Origin: a virus
Length of the DNA: 58,670 nt
Virus record (IMG/VR): IMGVR_UViG_3300003320_000379
Coordinates: 1-58,670 of that record
Reading direction: 5' to 3' (one strand)
Shown here piece after piece: positions 35,915 through 44,081 of the stretch. Below the pieces are notes generated by a model that did not search any database, was not told where the DNA came from, and saw only the letters and a list, made by a program, of their open reading frames with translations. Position 1 is the stretch's first letter, and every line of letters starts with the position of its first letter. Made by a program: the position numbers and the translations under genes.

Positions 35915-36919
35915 TCAGCCCACGATCTCCAGTTCGAACGGCTCCGCCGCGCTGTACCAGAAGTCCGCCCACAGGGCGCCCGGCAGCGGGAAGGCGCGGT
36001 GGTTGGTCAGCTTCGGGTTGTAGCCGGGCGTCTCGCTCGGGTTGTGGCCGATGCCCGCGCCGTCCTGGCCCCAGGCGTAGATGGGGCCCGCCCACATCGG
36101 CTTCAGGGCGTCTTTCTGGCCCAGGCGCGGCCGCGCGATGATCGCGGCCTGCGGGGTGCCCGGCAGGTAGACACGGATCATGTTCCGGTCGGCGTTCGGC
36201 GGGGTGACGGTGAAGCGCTCCATGCTCTCAGCCTCTCGCTGATCGGCCGGGTCCACGCCCGGGTTGGGGAGATTCGGGTTCCACCAGGCGGCGAGCTGGG
36301 CACGTGTGCCCTTGAAGGCGTCGCCGTCCAGGTTCTTGCCCGGGTACGCGGGGTCCCGGACGGCGCTGCTGAACTGCAGCATCTTCACGGAGTTGTTGCC
36401 GTACCCGGCCCAGTAGCTCTCCGGCGTGCTGGCGTACTCGCTCTCGTACGTCCCGGCCACGTTGTCCACGTAGCGGCTCTGGACGAGCGGCGGGCCCCAC
36501 GAGAGGTCCGGGCTGCCGACGGACTGCCAGTACCAGCGCGGCGCGTACAGGCCCCACACGAAGTACCCGGCGTTGCGAAAGGCGCCGTACACCACTTCCA
36601 GGAAGGCGCCGTTGCCGGAGCCCTTCTCCCAGTCGAGCATCACGGGGATGCTGCGGTCCGGCTCCACGGACTCGTGCAGCGCCACATTCCCTTCGGCACT
36701 GCGGCCGTCGCCCACGTAGAAGTAGCTGCTGAACAGCTTCCCAGCGCGGCGCGCGGTGTCCCGGTGGCGCTTGTACAGCGCGTCCAGGGTGTCGCCGTAG
36801 GGGCCGCCCTTGGCCTGCGCGGTGCGCGCGATCACGAAGTCGCCCTGCAGGCGACCCGCGTCGACGTCGTTGTGGTGGGACAGGTCGTACCCACGGGTCA
36901 CGCCGGTGAGGTCTGCCAT
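35915..36919 (-). CDS. endolysin, GH25 muramidase domain plus an unassigned C-terminal domain (334 aa)
   Basis: The GH25 pattern was read along the sequence: GYDLSHHND, SSYFYVG, PVMLDWE, GLYAP, YWAGYG, MLQFSS...LDGDAF (compare Cpl-1-type DVSSHNG, YHFARF, LDYE, WIAGYG). Confidence 0.75.
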   Translation of the reverse strand: MADLTGVTRGYDLSHHNDVDAGRLQGDFVIARTAQAKGGPYGDTLDALYKRHRDTARRAGKLFSSYFYVGDGRSAEGNVALHESVEPDRSIPVMLDWEKGSGNGAFLEVVYGAFRNAGYFVWGLYAPRWYWQSVGSPDLSWGPPLVQSRYVDNVAGTYESEYASTPESYWAGYGNNSVKMLQFSSAVRDPAYPGKNLDGDAFKGTRAQLAAWWNPNLPNPGVDPADQREAESMERFTVTPPNADRNMIRVYLPGTPQAAIIARPRLGQKDALKPMWAGPIYAWGQDGAGIGHNPSETPGYNPKLTNHRAFPLPGALWADFWYSAAEPFELEIVG

Positions 36920-36952
36920 GCCTGCAGCCTACCTGAAGACCCCCCGAAAAGG

Positions 36953-36995
36953 GGAGAACCCCCTGACGTTTACGAAAGCGTCGCGGGGGTTCTCC
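36953..36995 (-). terminator. strong hairpin (11-bp stem with a nested stem) followed by a T-rich tract
   Basis: minus strand GGAGAACCCCC...GGGGGTTCTCC, then CCTTTTCGGGGGG; lies between the DnaC-like stop (37031) and the lysin start (36919). Confidence 0.6.
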
Positions 36996-37030
36996 TGGAC
37001 CCGCCTCACCAGCGGATCTTCATCGTAGCG

Positions 37031-37702
37031 TCACAGCGGGGAGCGGCGCCACGGCGTCTCCGGGTCCGGGATGCGGAGCAGCATGGCGCCGTCCGTCAGC
37101 CGGTCGATCACCCGGTCTCCGTACCGCTCCCGCAGCTGCTTGCCGTCCAGGTTGCTCGTCAGGACGGTGGGCAGGCAGTGCTTATTCCGGTAGTCGGCCA
37201 GGCGGAACATCTGCTCCGCCGTCCACTCGCTGGTCCTCTCCGCGCCCAGGTCGTCCAGGACGAGCACCGGCGCGGCCATGAACTGGCCGATATCCGAGGC
37301 GCCGCCGTCGGCCGACGGGCGCAGCGCGGCCATGAACTCCGGCGCCTCCGTGAAGTTGACCGGCACGGAGTGGGTGACCAGCAGGCGACGCGCGAGGGCG
37401 GCCGCCTCCCAGGTCTTGCCCGCCCCCGGGTTGCCCAGGATGACGTAGCCGCGCCCGCGTTCCTTCGGGTCGTTCTCGCTGGCCACGTAGTGCCGCAGCC
37501 ATTGCGCGGTCTCGCCCCAGCGCGGCATGGCGTCCCGGTACCGCGCGTCCAGGCGGCCCAGCAAGATCTCCGCCTTCCGGGCGGCCTGCTCCTGCCGGAT
37601 CTCCTGCTCCTTGGCCTCCATCTCCGCGTCCGTGGCGGGACGGATACCGCGCTGGCGGATGATCTCCGCCAGTCGCTCTTCGTATCGCTTCGCCGCAGCC
37701 AT
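37031..37702 (-). CDS. DnaC/IstB-like AAA+ helicase loader (223 aa)
   Basis: Walker A GNPGAGKT, Walker B VLVLDDLGAE, ...TSNLDGKQLRERYGDRVIDRL; ATG 37702 lies 5 nt after a -10-like ATTATT. Confidence 0.8.
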   Translation of the reverse strand: MAAAKRYEERLAEIIRQRGIRPATDAEMEAKEQEIRQEQAARKAEILLGRLDARYRDAMPRWGETAQWLRHYVASENDPKERGRGYVILGNPGAGKTWEAAALARRLLVTHSVPVNFTEAPEFMAALRPSADGGASDIGQFMAAPVLVLDDLGAERTSEWTAEQMFRLADYRNKHCLPTVLTSNLDGKQLRERYGDRVIDRLTDGAMLLRIPDPETPWRRSPL

Positions 37703-37707
37703 GCCCC

Positions 37708-37738
37708 AATAATCCCCTCTCTGGGGGGTGTAGCGCAA
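37708..37738 (-). promoter_or_regulatory. degenerate promoter-like module, leaderless class
   Basis: minus strand TTGCGCTACACCCCCCAGAGAGGGGATTATT, then GGGGC, then ATG. Confidence 0.4.
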
Positions 37739-37742
37739 CCCA

Positions 37743-38636
37743 CTAGTCACGGAAAAGCTCCTCCAGCTCCTGCTGCGAAATCGGCGTCGCCTTCGGCATG
37801 GCCGCCCAGGACGCCTCCTGCTGGGCACGATCCTCCGCAGTGTGCACCACGCCCGGACCCGGCTGGGACCCCCGCGCGGAGGACCCGCCCACCGCGATGG
37901 CCTCCGGGTCGTCCAGCCAGCGCTTGCCGTTGAGCCAGGTGGCCGGATACGGCTTGTACTGCGTCTCCGTCTTCCGGCGAGCCCAGGCGGCGGCGTGCGC
38001 GCGGATGCCTTCCAGCAGGTCAGCCTGGCTGGCGCCGTTCTTCCGCGCCGTCCGGTACGCGCGCTCCGCCTGGCCCTTGGCGACCTTGCGCGGGTAGGCC
38101 GCCCACCAGTCTGCGAACTCCGCGTCGATGATCGCGTTCACCGTCTTGGACTCCGCCTTGGCGGGCTCACGCCCAGCGCCAGCTGGGCAAGAGTCTTTCT
38201 GGTCTTCTTGATCAGTGGTCTTCTGATCGGAAGTGATCTTCTTAGGCGCGGGGGTTTTCCCGCCCGGGGATTCCCCGCCCTGGATTTTTCCCGGTTGGGC
38301 TTCGGCCAGCAGCTGCTGGCGCTCCGCGTCCGTGAAGGGCACCTGGTTCAGGTACAGATCATCCGGCGCCCGGTGGCCACGCTCGTCCCGCTGCGGAACC
38401 CTGATCAGCAAGTTCAGGCGTTCCAGCTCCTGGAACGCGGTGCGTACGGTGGACTCGTTCATGTTCAAGGCGCGCGCGATGCTGACTTGCGTGAGCCGGA
38501 ACGTCTCGGAGGTGCTGAAGACGTAGAGCGCTACGCGGAAGGGCGACGGCTTGATCTCCGGGTTCCGGATGAAGTCGTTCCGGATCATCGCGAATTCGCG
38601 CTCCGGTCGACCGAAGGTGAGGACGCTACCTGCCAT
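37743..38636 (-). CDS. replication initiator / replisome organiser, HTH plus DnaD-like C-terminus (297 aa)
   Basis: N-terminal wHTH (RLTQVSIARALNMNESTVRTAFQELERLNLL); C-terminal DWWAAYPRKVAKGQAERAYRTA...YKPYPATWLNGKRWLDD motif, common in phage replication organisers; directly upstream of the DnaC-like loader. Confidence 0.55.
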   Translation of the reverse strand: MAGSVLTFGRPEREFAMIRNDFIRNPEIKPSPFRVALYVFSTSETFRLTQVSIARALNMNESTVRTAFQELERLNLLIRVPQRDERGHRAPDDLYLNQVPFTDAERQQLLAEAQPGKIQGGESPGGKTPAPKKITSDQKTTDQEDQKDSCPAGAGREPAKAESKTVNAIIDAEFADWWAAYPRKVAKGQAERAYRTARKNGASQADLLEGIRAHAAAWARRKTETQYKPYPATWLNGKRWLDDPEAIAVGGSSARGSQPGPGVVHTAEDRAQQEASWAAMPKATPISQQELEELFRD

Positions 38637-38730
38637 CGGGTACTCTCCTGTTCAGTTGGGCGGGGCTCTCGTTGGTGCTTCGCCTGGCGGTCGTGATGAT
38701 GCGGCCGGTGGTGCCCGGCCAGCGCAGCCT

Positions 38731-38763
38731 ACGCCCCCGGGGATTTCGGGTCCCCGGGGGCGT
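38731..38763 (-). terminator. 13-bp perfect hairpin
   Basis: acgcccccgggga tttcggg tccccgggggcgt between the stop at 38772 and the start at 38636. Confidence 0.45.
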
Positions 38764-38771
38764 TCGCATGA

Positions 38772-39107
38772 TCAGGACAGGGGCCGGATCTCCTCGCCGT
38801 AGTCCGGCGGCCGCACCACGCGCGCCAGGCCGTCCACCGTCTTCAGGCTGTCCGGCCAGTCCTCGAACGGCAGTTCGTCGTCCACGATCACCTTGTCGGC
38901 CCGCCGTCCGCGCGTGGTGGCTCCGCGCGGCAACTCCGGCACGGTGAACCCGAGAACGCGCAGGATGGTCTCCAGCTCGTGCTGGGCGCCGTGCCGCGCG
39001 CGGTCCACGTCCTCGCTCGTCCGGGCCATCTCCAGCGCCGCCAGGGCCCGCCACGCACGCCCGGCCGCCGCGCCCGCCGTGTTGATCCGCTCGTGCTCGC
39101 TAGTCAC
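38772..39107 (-). CDS. hypothetical protein (111 aa)
   Basis: GTGA overlap with 39104..39808; VTSEHERINTAGAAAGRAWRALAALE...; the 501-aa track ORF upstream of this is an out-of-frame shadow. Confidence 0.55.
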   Translation of the reverse strand: MTSEHERINTAGAAAGRAWRALAALEMARTSEDVDRARHGAQHELETILRVLGFTVPELPRGATTRGRRADKVIVDDELPFEDWPDSLKTVDGLARVVRPPDYGEEIRPLS

Positions 39108-39808
39108 GGCTGCTCCCGCGTGACCTTGACGCCCCGGTACTCCGTCTTCTTGCTGATCGCGCCGGAGACGGCCCCTGCCAGCTTGTCGTCCCCGAGGGCG
39201 CCCAGGTCCTTCGCCAGCTTCCGAACGGCCGTCACGCCCACGCTCAGCCTGCCCAGGCGGTCCTGTTCCGTCATCGCGTGCACCAGGATGCGGGCCACCA
39301 GGACGTGCAGAGCGCCGGTGGCGGCGGCCCGGTCGTCCGGCGCGGCCAGCGCGGCGTCCAGCGCGGCCGCCTGCAGGTCGTCCGTGATCTCGCTGGTGGC
39401 CAGGATCAGCTCCGCGAGCGCCGGGCGGACGACGTCCAGGTCGATCGTGTAGCTGTTCGAGTTGTCCAGGGCCATCTTGATCATGGTCCCGTCCAGGTCC
39501 GGAACCGCCATGCCCTGCCGGGGGACGCCCTTGTCTTCGCCGACGGCGGTCCCCAGCTCCTCCTCCAGCACCTGGCGCGCCACTCCGGCCGCCGTGGTGA
39601 ACGCTCGGCCGTACTCGCCGAAGGTCTCCGCCACGCCCTGCAGGGACCGCACGAGCGCGTGCGTGTCCTCCGGCCGCGCCACCTCGCCGCGTTCCTCGCG
39701 GGCGGCCAGGATCTCCGCGTCCAGCCACTCCCGCAGCATCCGCGCGAACTCCGGCGGCGCGGGCAGGTTCTCCACCGCTGGCAGCAGGATCAGTTCTCCT
39801 CCGGCCAT
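39104..39808 (-). CDS. hypothetical protein (234 aa)
   Basis: Track ORF with ordinary composition; ATG 39808. Confidence 0.65.
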   Translation of the reverse strand: MAGGELILLPAVENLPAPPEFARMLREWLDAEILAAREERGEVARPEDTHALVRSLQGVAETFGEYGRAFTTAAGVARQVLEEELGTAVGEDKGVPRQGMAVPDLDGTMIKMALDNSNSYTIDLDVVRPALAELILATSEITDDLQAAALDAALAAPDDRAAATGALHVLVARILVHAMTEQDRLGRLSVGVTAVRKLAKDLGALGDDKLAGAVSGAISKKTEYRGVKVTREQP

Positions 39809-39811
39809 GGC

Positions 39812-40129
39812 TCACACCCCCCAGTCGCGGGCCAGCGCGGCGGTGGACGCCGTGCGCAGCGCCTCGCCCAGCTCGTCCGGCACGTCCGGCGACGCCAGTA
39901 CGGCGTCCGCCAAATCCGTCATCGCGGCCGCGCGCACGATCGGCACGAACGCCTTGGCCGCCGCCTGGACGGCGTCCTGCACCTGCTTGCCGTTCAGGTG
40001 GTAGCCCAGCTCGCCGCGCATCCACTCCGCGAACCGCCCGGCCGCCAGCAGCACGGCCTGTTCGGTCCTCGGGATGAGCGACGGCCCGGCCGCCGTGGTG
40101 GCGGCCGGGTTCTCGTCGTCCTTGCTCAC
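39812..40129 (-). CDS. hypothetical protein (105 aa)
   Basis: GTGA overlap with 40126..40383; VSKDDENPAATTAAGPSLIPRTEQ... Confidence 0.55.
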   Translation of the reverse strand: MSKDDENPAATTAAGPSLIPRTEQAVLLAAGRFAEWMRGELGYHLNGKQVQDAVQAAAKAFVPIVRAAAMTDLADAVLASPDVPDELGEALRTASTAALARDWGV

Positions 40130-40383
40130 TTCTCCTCCGTCTCCACGTGGAAGGTGTCCACGCCCAGCTGGTTGATCTCGACCATGCGGCCGAACATGCA
40201 GCCGCCGCAGCCGTCTTCCATGACGCGCTCGCCCTCGATCGTGTAGTAGATCTGGGCCTCCACGTAGGCGCCGCCATCGCAGCAGTACTGGCACTCGTCG
40301 CCGGAGTTGTCCAGCGACTTCACGGTGCCGGTGGTGACGACGAAGCCAAGGCTCTTGTACAGGTCGGCGGCGGTGGTGCTCAT
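40126..40383 (-). CDS. Cys-rich small protein (85 aa)
   Basis: ATG 40383 after ...CATCAGGAACAACGACACCACGGAGGACCCG; ...GDECQYCCDGG...DGCGGCMFG. Confidence 0.65.
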   Translation of the reverse strand: MSTTAADLYKSLGFVVTTGTVKSLDNSGDECQYCCDGGAYVEAQIYYTIEGERVMEDGCGGCMFGRMVEINQLGVDTFHVETEEK

Positions 40384-40420
40384 CGGGTCCTCCGTGGTGT
40401 CGTTGTTCCTGATGAACTGA

Positions 40421-40449
40421 ACTTTACCCCCCAGTGGGGGGTGTGTCAA
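40421..40449 (-). promoter_or_regulatory. promoter-like module copy (exact consensus)
   Basis: minus strand TTGACACACCCCCCACTGGGGGGTAAAGT; follows the double hairpin 40463-40526. Confidence 0.65.
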
Positions 40450-40462
40450 CACCCGGGCATGA

Positions 40463-40526
40463 CGAAGTGCCCCAGGCCATTCAGGTCTGGGGCACTTCGC
40501 CTGAACCCGGTCGGGACGGGTTCAGG
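40463..40526 (-). terminator. two tandem hairpins immediately after ssb
   Basis: 40500-40526 cctgaacccg/cgggttcagg (10 bp) and 40463-40499 cgaagtgccccag/ctggggcacttcg (13 bp). Confidence 0.55.
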
Positions 40527-41018
40527 TCAGAATGGCGGCTCGTCCGAGAACCCGCCGCCGCCGGACGCCCGGGGCGCGGAGCCCCACGGGTCCTCCGACT
40601 GGTTCGCCGGGCCGGGCGCGTTGTTGTCGCCCCACGGGTCGTCGGCGCGCGTGCCGCCCTTGTCCGGCCGCAGCGACTTGGCGGAGTGGAACTTGATGCT
40701 GGGCCCCATCTCGTCCACCGTCATCTCCATGACGGAGCGCTTCTCGCCTTCCTTCGTCTCGAAACTGCGCTGCTGCAGCTTGCCGTAGACGATCACCCGG
40801 TCGCCGCGCCGGAACGACTCCGTGGCGTTCTCCGCCGGGGTGCGCCAGATGTTGCACCGCAGGAAGGTGGGCTCCCCGTCGCGCCACTCGCCGTCCTTGA
40901 AGAACCGGGGCGTGGACACCACGGTGAAGTTCGCGACGGCCGCGCCGGACGGCGTGTACCGCAGCTCCGGATCTGCCGTCAGGTTCCCGATGACGGTCAC
41001 CTGGATTTCGCCTGCCAT
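40527..41018 (-). CDS. ssb: single-stranded DNA-binding protein (163 aa)
   Basis: [33 protein letters not shown]... OB-fold signature, a Gly/Pro-rich linker and the acidic tail FSDEPPF. Confidence 0.9.
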   Translation of the reverse strand: MAGEIQVTVIGNLTADPELRYTPSGAAVANFTVVSTPRFFKDGEWRDGEPTFLRCNIWRTPAENATESFRRGDRVIVYGKLQQRSFETKEGEKRSVMEMTVDEMGPSIKFHSAKSLRPDKGGTRADDPWGDNNAPGPANQSEDPWGSAPRASGGGGFSDEPPF

Positions 41019-41034
41019 GTAAGGGATTCCTCTC

Positions 41035-41817
41035 TCAGTATGCCCGTGGGTTGCTGTTCGTCGTCCCGGCGTAGGCGGCCAGAATCGACTTCATTACTGA
41101 CTGGTAGGCGGACTGGACCGACCGCAGGGAGTGCATCGTGCCCTTGATCGCGTCCAGCTTCGCGCGCGCAATGATCAGGTCCAGCCACTCGCCCTCGCAC
41201 TGCAGCTTCGCCCAGGCGGTCCGGTCACCGTCGCTGCCGCCGAACTCCGTCTTGGCCTTCACCCGCGCGCGGTTGTACGCCTGCTCGTACCTGATCGTCT
41301 TGTCGTACATGTCCTCCGCGCACACCCGTTCGAAGTGCGCGCCGCGCTCCAGCCGGGCCACGACGTCCAGCAGGTGCGCCTCCACCATGGCGGAGTCGTA
41401 CGGCTGCGTGGGGTCGATGATCTCCACGCGCGCCAGGATCGGGTCCGCCGGGTGGACGGCCGACGACACCCCGCGCGCGTCCTTCACCTCCGCGTCCGAC
41501 GGCGGCACCTGCAGCGGCTTGGCATCGGCGGCGGCCGCCGTGGTGGTGGACGCGGGCAGCGGCGGGAGGTCGGCCAGCAGGTCTTCGCCCTTCACCGGCC
41601 CGATCACCTCCCCGCAGTAGCAGACCACGCCCACCGTCGGGTCGTACCCGGGCGGGCCCTGGCAGCCTGCGTGGTCCGGGTGCGCGCGCTTGATCTTGAC
41701 GGCGTACGCGTGGTCCTGCTCCGCGATCTCGCGCGCGGAGAGCTGCACCGGCGCCGCCTCTTCGTCGGGACTCCAGTGCGCTTCCGCCTGCCACCTCTCG
41801 TCCGCGTACTCACCCAC
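41035..41817 (-). CDS. hypothetical protein (260 aa)
   Basis: Track ORF; GTG 41817 overlaps the ERF-like stop by 8 nt. Confidence 0.6.
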   Translation of the reverse strand: MGEYADERWQAEAHWSPDEEAAPVQLSAREIAEQDHAYAVKIKRAHPDHAGCQGPPGYDPTVGVVCYCGEVIGPVKGEDLLADLPPLPASTTTAAAADAKPLQVPPSDAEVKDARGVSSAVHPADPILARVEIIDPTQPYDSAMVEAHLLDVVARLERGAHFERVCAEDMYDKTIRYEQAYNRARVKAKTEFGGSDGDRTAWAKLQCEGEWLDLIIARAKLDAIKGTMHSLRSVQSAYQSVMKSILAAYAGTTNSNPRAY

Positions 41818-43180
41818 TCTGGCCTCCGGCAGCCTCGCGCAGCGTCCGGCGGATCGTCACCAGGTGCAGCTGCAGCGGCTGCCCCTCGATCTGCACCATG
41901 AGGATTTCGTCTTGCTGCGCCTGCTGCAGGATGCGCGTCAGCCGGGCGTCGTCGGTCGCGGCCCGTGCGGCGGCCAGGGCGCGCGCGGCCAGCTCGTCCG
42001 GGCTCTCCGTCCCGCTGCGCCCAGCGGGCGGCGTACGCGGCTCCTGGGCGTCCGGGGGAGCCTGCGGCGCGCGCGGGGACTCCTCGCGGCGCTCCTGCTG
42101 CGGGCGCTGCTGCTCCGGCGGCGGGCCGGGGTCCGTCGGGTTGTCGGTCTCCGGGTCGATGTTCATTCCCTTCACCGGGATGCAGAGCCCCTGGAACAGG
42201 GCGTACTTCATGGCCGCGCTGGACGCCTTGGACCCGTCCTTGTCGCCCAGGTCCTTGCCGACGCCGTAACCCTCCACGGCGTGTTCGCTGCCGTCCTCCG
42301 GGTCCACGAAGACGTAGCGCATGGTCAGCCGGGTGGTGGCCCAGTGCTGCACCCAGCCGGGCCGCTTCTCGACGGCGTGCACCTCGTGCTGGGCCTCGAT
42401 GACTTCGGAGCGCATGATCAGGCCGACGGCGCGGAGTCCGGCGCCGACGGCGTCCATGGCGTCGTCGATCCCCCGGAACGAGTACTCCACGTTGCCGGAG
42501 TCGCCCCGGGACTCCGCGCGGTACTGCCGCCCCTTGCCGATCTCCTCGATCCGCAGCATGAGCTGGTGGACCTTGCGGTACACGCCCTTGACGCCGGAGC
42601 GCTGCTCCGCCACGACGTCGCGCAGCACGCCGTGGGCCGATGCCTCGCCCAGCCGCGCCACCTGGAAACCGTGGGTCAGCTCGTTCACGCGCGCTTCCAC
42701 GACCGCCAGGGCGTCGCTCACCCGCTGGTTGACGTCGGACTGGTGCTGGGCCAGCGCGGTGGCCAGGCCGTCCAGGCGCTCGTTCAGCGTCGCGCCGGTG
42801 ACCGTGCCCTCCTCGCCGTACATGCCCTTCAGCCAGACCTGCACGGCGTACGAGATCTTGTCCGCCAGGGCGTCCTCTTCCAGCATCACCCCGGCGCCGT
42901 CGCCCTGGGCTTCCTGGATCGCCTTCAGCAGGTCGGCGTGCGCGTCCAGCTCCGCCTGCAGCTTCTCGAACTTCGGGTTCATCTCGCCGCGCATCCGGTT
43001 GACGATCAGCTCCCGCAGGTTGTTGATCATCTCCGTGGTGTTCGCGCGGCGCTGCTCCGCCTTCTCGTCCACCGGCTCACCCTCGATCACCGGCGTGTCG
43101 GCGGCTTCGGGCTGCTGGGCTTCGTCGGCGGTGGCGGCCGCCGACTTCGCGCGTCCGCGCGTGGTCCCCGTGCTGGGCAT
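41810..43180 (-). CDS. ERF-like single-strand annealing protein with a long N-terminal coiled-coil extension (456 aa)
   Basis: Core ...EYSFRGIDDAMDAVGAGLRAVGL...GDKDGSKASSAAMKYALFQGLCIPV resembles the P22 Erf segment ...MDAAQVTGATSSYARKYCLNGLFGI; neighbours are ssb and rusA. Confidence 0.5.
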   Translation of the reverse strand: MPSTGTTRGRAKSAAATADEAQQPEAADTPVIEGEPVDEKAEQRRANTTEMINNLRELIVNRMRGEMNPKFEKLQAELDAHADLLKAIQEAQGDGAGVMLEEDALADKISYAVQVWLKGMYGEEGTVTGATLNERLDGLATALAQHQSDVNQRVSDALAVVEARVNELTHGFQVARLGEASAHGVLRDVVAEQRSGVKGVYRKVHQLMLRIEEIGKGRQYRAESRGDSGNVEYSFRGIDDAMDAVGAGLRAVGLIMRSEVIEAQHEVHAVEKRPGWVQHWATTRLTMRYVFVDPEDGSEHAVEGYGVGKDLGDKDGSKASSAAMKYALFQGLCIPVKGMNIDPETDNPTDPGPPPEQQRPQQERREESPRAPQAPPDAQEPRTPPAGRSGTESPDELAARALAAARAATDDARLTRILQQAQQDEILMVQIEGQPLQLHLVTIRRTLREAAGGQSG

Positions 43181-43194
43181 GTTCCCTCTCCTGT

Positions 43195-43548
43195 TCAGTA
43201 CTCGCCGGTCTCCGCGTAGCGGCGGAGCCCGTCTTCCAGTACGGCCGTCATGCTTGCCCCGGACGACCGCAGCCGTTCCTTGACAATGTCGTGCTCTTCC
43301 GGCCAGGTCCGGAAGCGGATGCGGCGGCGCTTGGTGCCCGGCGGACGTTCGGCCGGGTGCGCGGGCTCCGTCGGGTTGCCGTCCGCGTCCACCAACGGGG
43401 TGGCGTTCTCGCTGGCGCGCTGCAGAATGGCCTTGGCCACCTGGGGCAGTTCCTGCACCAGGCGCTCCGCGCGCAGCTCAGCAGCCCGGACCACGGTGGC
43501 GTCGATCATGAATTCGGCCTGCCGCTTCTTCTTGGTCGCTTCGGTCAT
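43195..43548 (-). CDS. ribbon-helix-helix-like protein, first gene of the leftward transcription series (117 aa)
   Basis: C-terminal RRIRFRTWPEEHDIVKERLRSSGASMTAVLEDGLRRYA fits a beta-alpha-alpha RHH pattern; GAGAGGAGG RBS. Confidence 0.45.
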   Translation of the reverse strand: MTEATKKKRQAEFMIDATVVRAAELRAERLVQELPQVAKAILQRASENATPLVDADGNPTEPAHPAERPPGTKRRRIRFRTWPEEHDIVKERLRSSGASMTAVLEDGLRRYAETGEY

Positions 43549-43570
43549 GGTGACCTCCTCTCGGCTGCCT

Positions 43571-43599
43571 ACTTTACCCCTCGCCGGGGGGAAAGTAAA
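43571..43599. promoter_or_regulatory. symmetric module copy at the only strand switch; candidate face-to-face bidirectional promoter
   Basis: The minus strand reads TTTACT-N17-TAAAGT with a 22-nt leader to ATG 43548. The plus strand reads TTTACC-N17-TAAACT, then GGAGAG, then GTG 43608. Confidence 0.5.
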
Positions 43600-43607
43600 C
43601 TGGAGAG

Positions 43608-43979
43608 GTGAAACGAAACCCCCCAGACTGGGCCACCCTGCGCGCCCTGTTGCTGCGGCGCTCCGGCGGCCGCTGCGAGGTCACAGGCTTACCACTCGAC
43701 CCTGACACTTTCGACGCGCACCACCGGCGGCCAAAGGGGATGGGCGGCACCTACCGGCCCGACACGGACACGCTGCCCAACCTGCTGGCGCTGCGGCCGG
43801 ACGTCCACAACGGGCCGCCGGACGCCGTGCACATGCGGCGGCAGTGGTCGGAGGAACACGGCTACCTGTTGCCGCTCAGCATCCCGCTGGCGGCCGCGTG
43901 GCCGGTGCTGCTGTTCGGGCGGCGCTGGGTGTACCTGCTGCGCGAGGACCCGTGGTACATGGACGTCCCGCGTAGATAA
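43608..43979 (+). CDS. HNH endonuclease (123 aa), the only plus-strand gene
   Basis: RCEVTG...DAHHRRPKGMGG...NLLALRPDVHN...H (HNH motif); track ORF. Confidence 0.75.
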   Translation: MKRNPPDWATLRALLLRRSGGRCEVTGLPLDPDTFDAHHRRPKGMGGTYRPDTDTLPNLLALRPDVHNGPPDAVHMRRQWSEEHGYLLPLSIPLAAAWPVLLFGRRWVYLLREDPWYMDVPRR

Positions 43980-44008
43980 CGGGGAGATAACTTTCCCCCG
44001 GCATGGCG

Positions 44009-44036
44009 CTGGGCCCGGTCCGCCAACCGGGCCCAG
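44009..44036. terminator. bidirectional hairpin between convergent genes
   Basis: ctgggcccggt ccgcca accgggcccag (11-bp stem) between the HNH stop (43979) and the stop at 44082. Confidence 0.55.
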
Positions 44037-44081
44037 CAGAGAGGAACAACCGCCCACGGGTGCAGGCGGTACCAGCGTAGC

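Noticed and set aside
33643-36141. 832-aa plus-strand ORF, with similar long plus-strand ORFs at 48411..50912, 55619..57460, 41690..43219 and 27394..28788
   Set aside because: These are antisense shadow ORFs of real minus-strand genes in a very high-GC sequence. Their translations are Arg/Gly/Pro/His-rich low-complexity strings with no motifs and no RBS. Each is fully overlapped by a minus-strand gene that has clear family signatures (tail fibre, RusA, lysin, minor tail proteins, major tail protein, ERF-like).
36940-36995. A further copy of the promoter module upstream of the endolysin gene (CCCC-TTTTC-GGGGGG...TAGGCT)
   Set aside because: The G run is not adjacent to the -10-like hexamer and no -35 lies at the right distance. 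The sequence is better explained as the T-rich tail of the strong terminator hairpin at 36953-36995.
38731-38763. The 13-bp perfect palindrome upstream of the DnaD-like gene as an attP core or a replication origin
   Set aside because: No integrase is encoded and no flanking arm-type repeats or iterons were seen. Its position directly after a stop codon fits a U-less terminator hairpin like the others in this genome.
38772-40277. 501-aa minus-strand ORF spanning four smaller genes
   Set aside because: Its translation is almost entirely Arg/Gly/Ala/Pro. Only its last 111 codons, from GTG 39107 with a GTGA overlap, look like protein. The region is better explained by 39104..39808, 39812..40129 and 40126..40383 in other frames.
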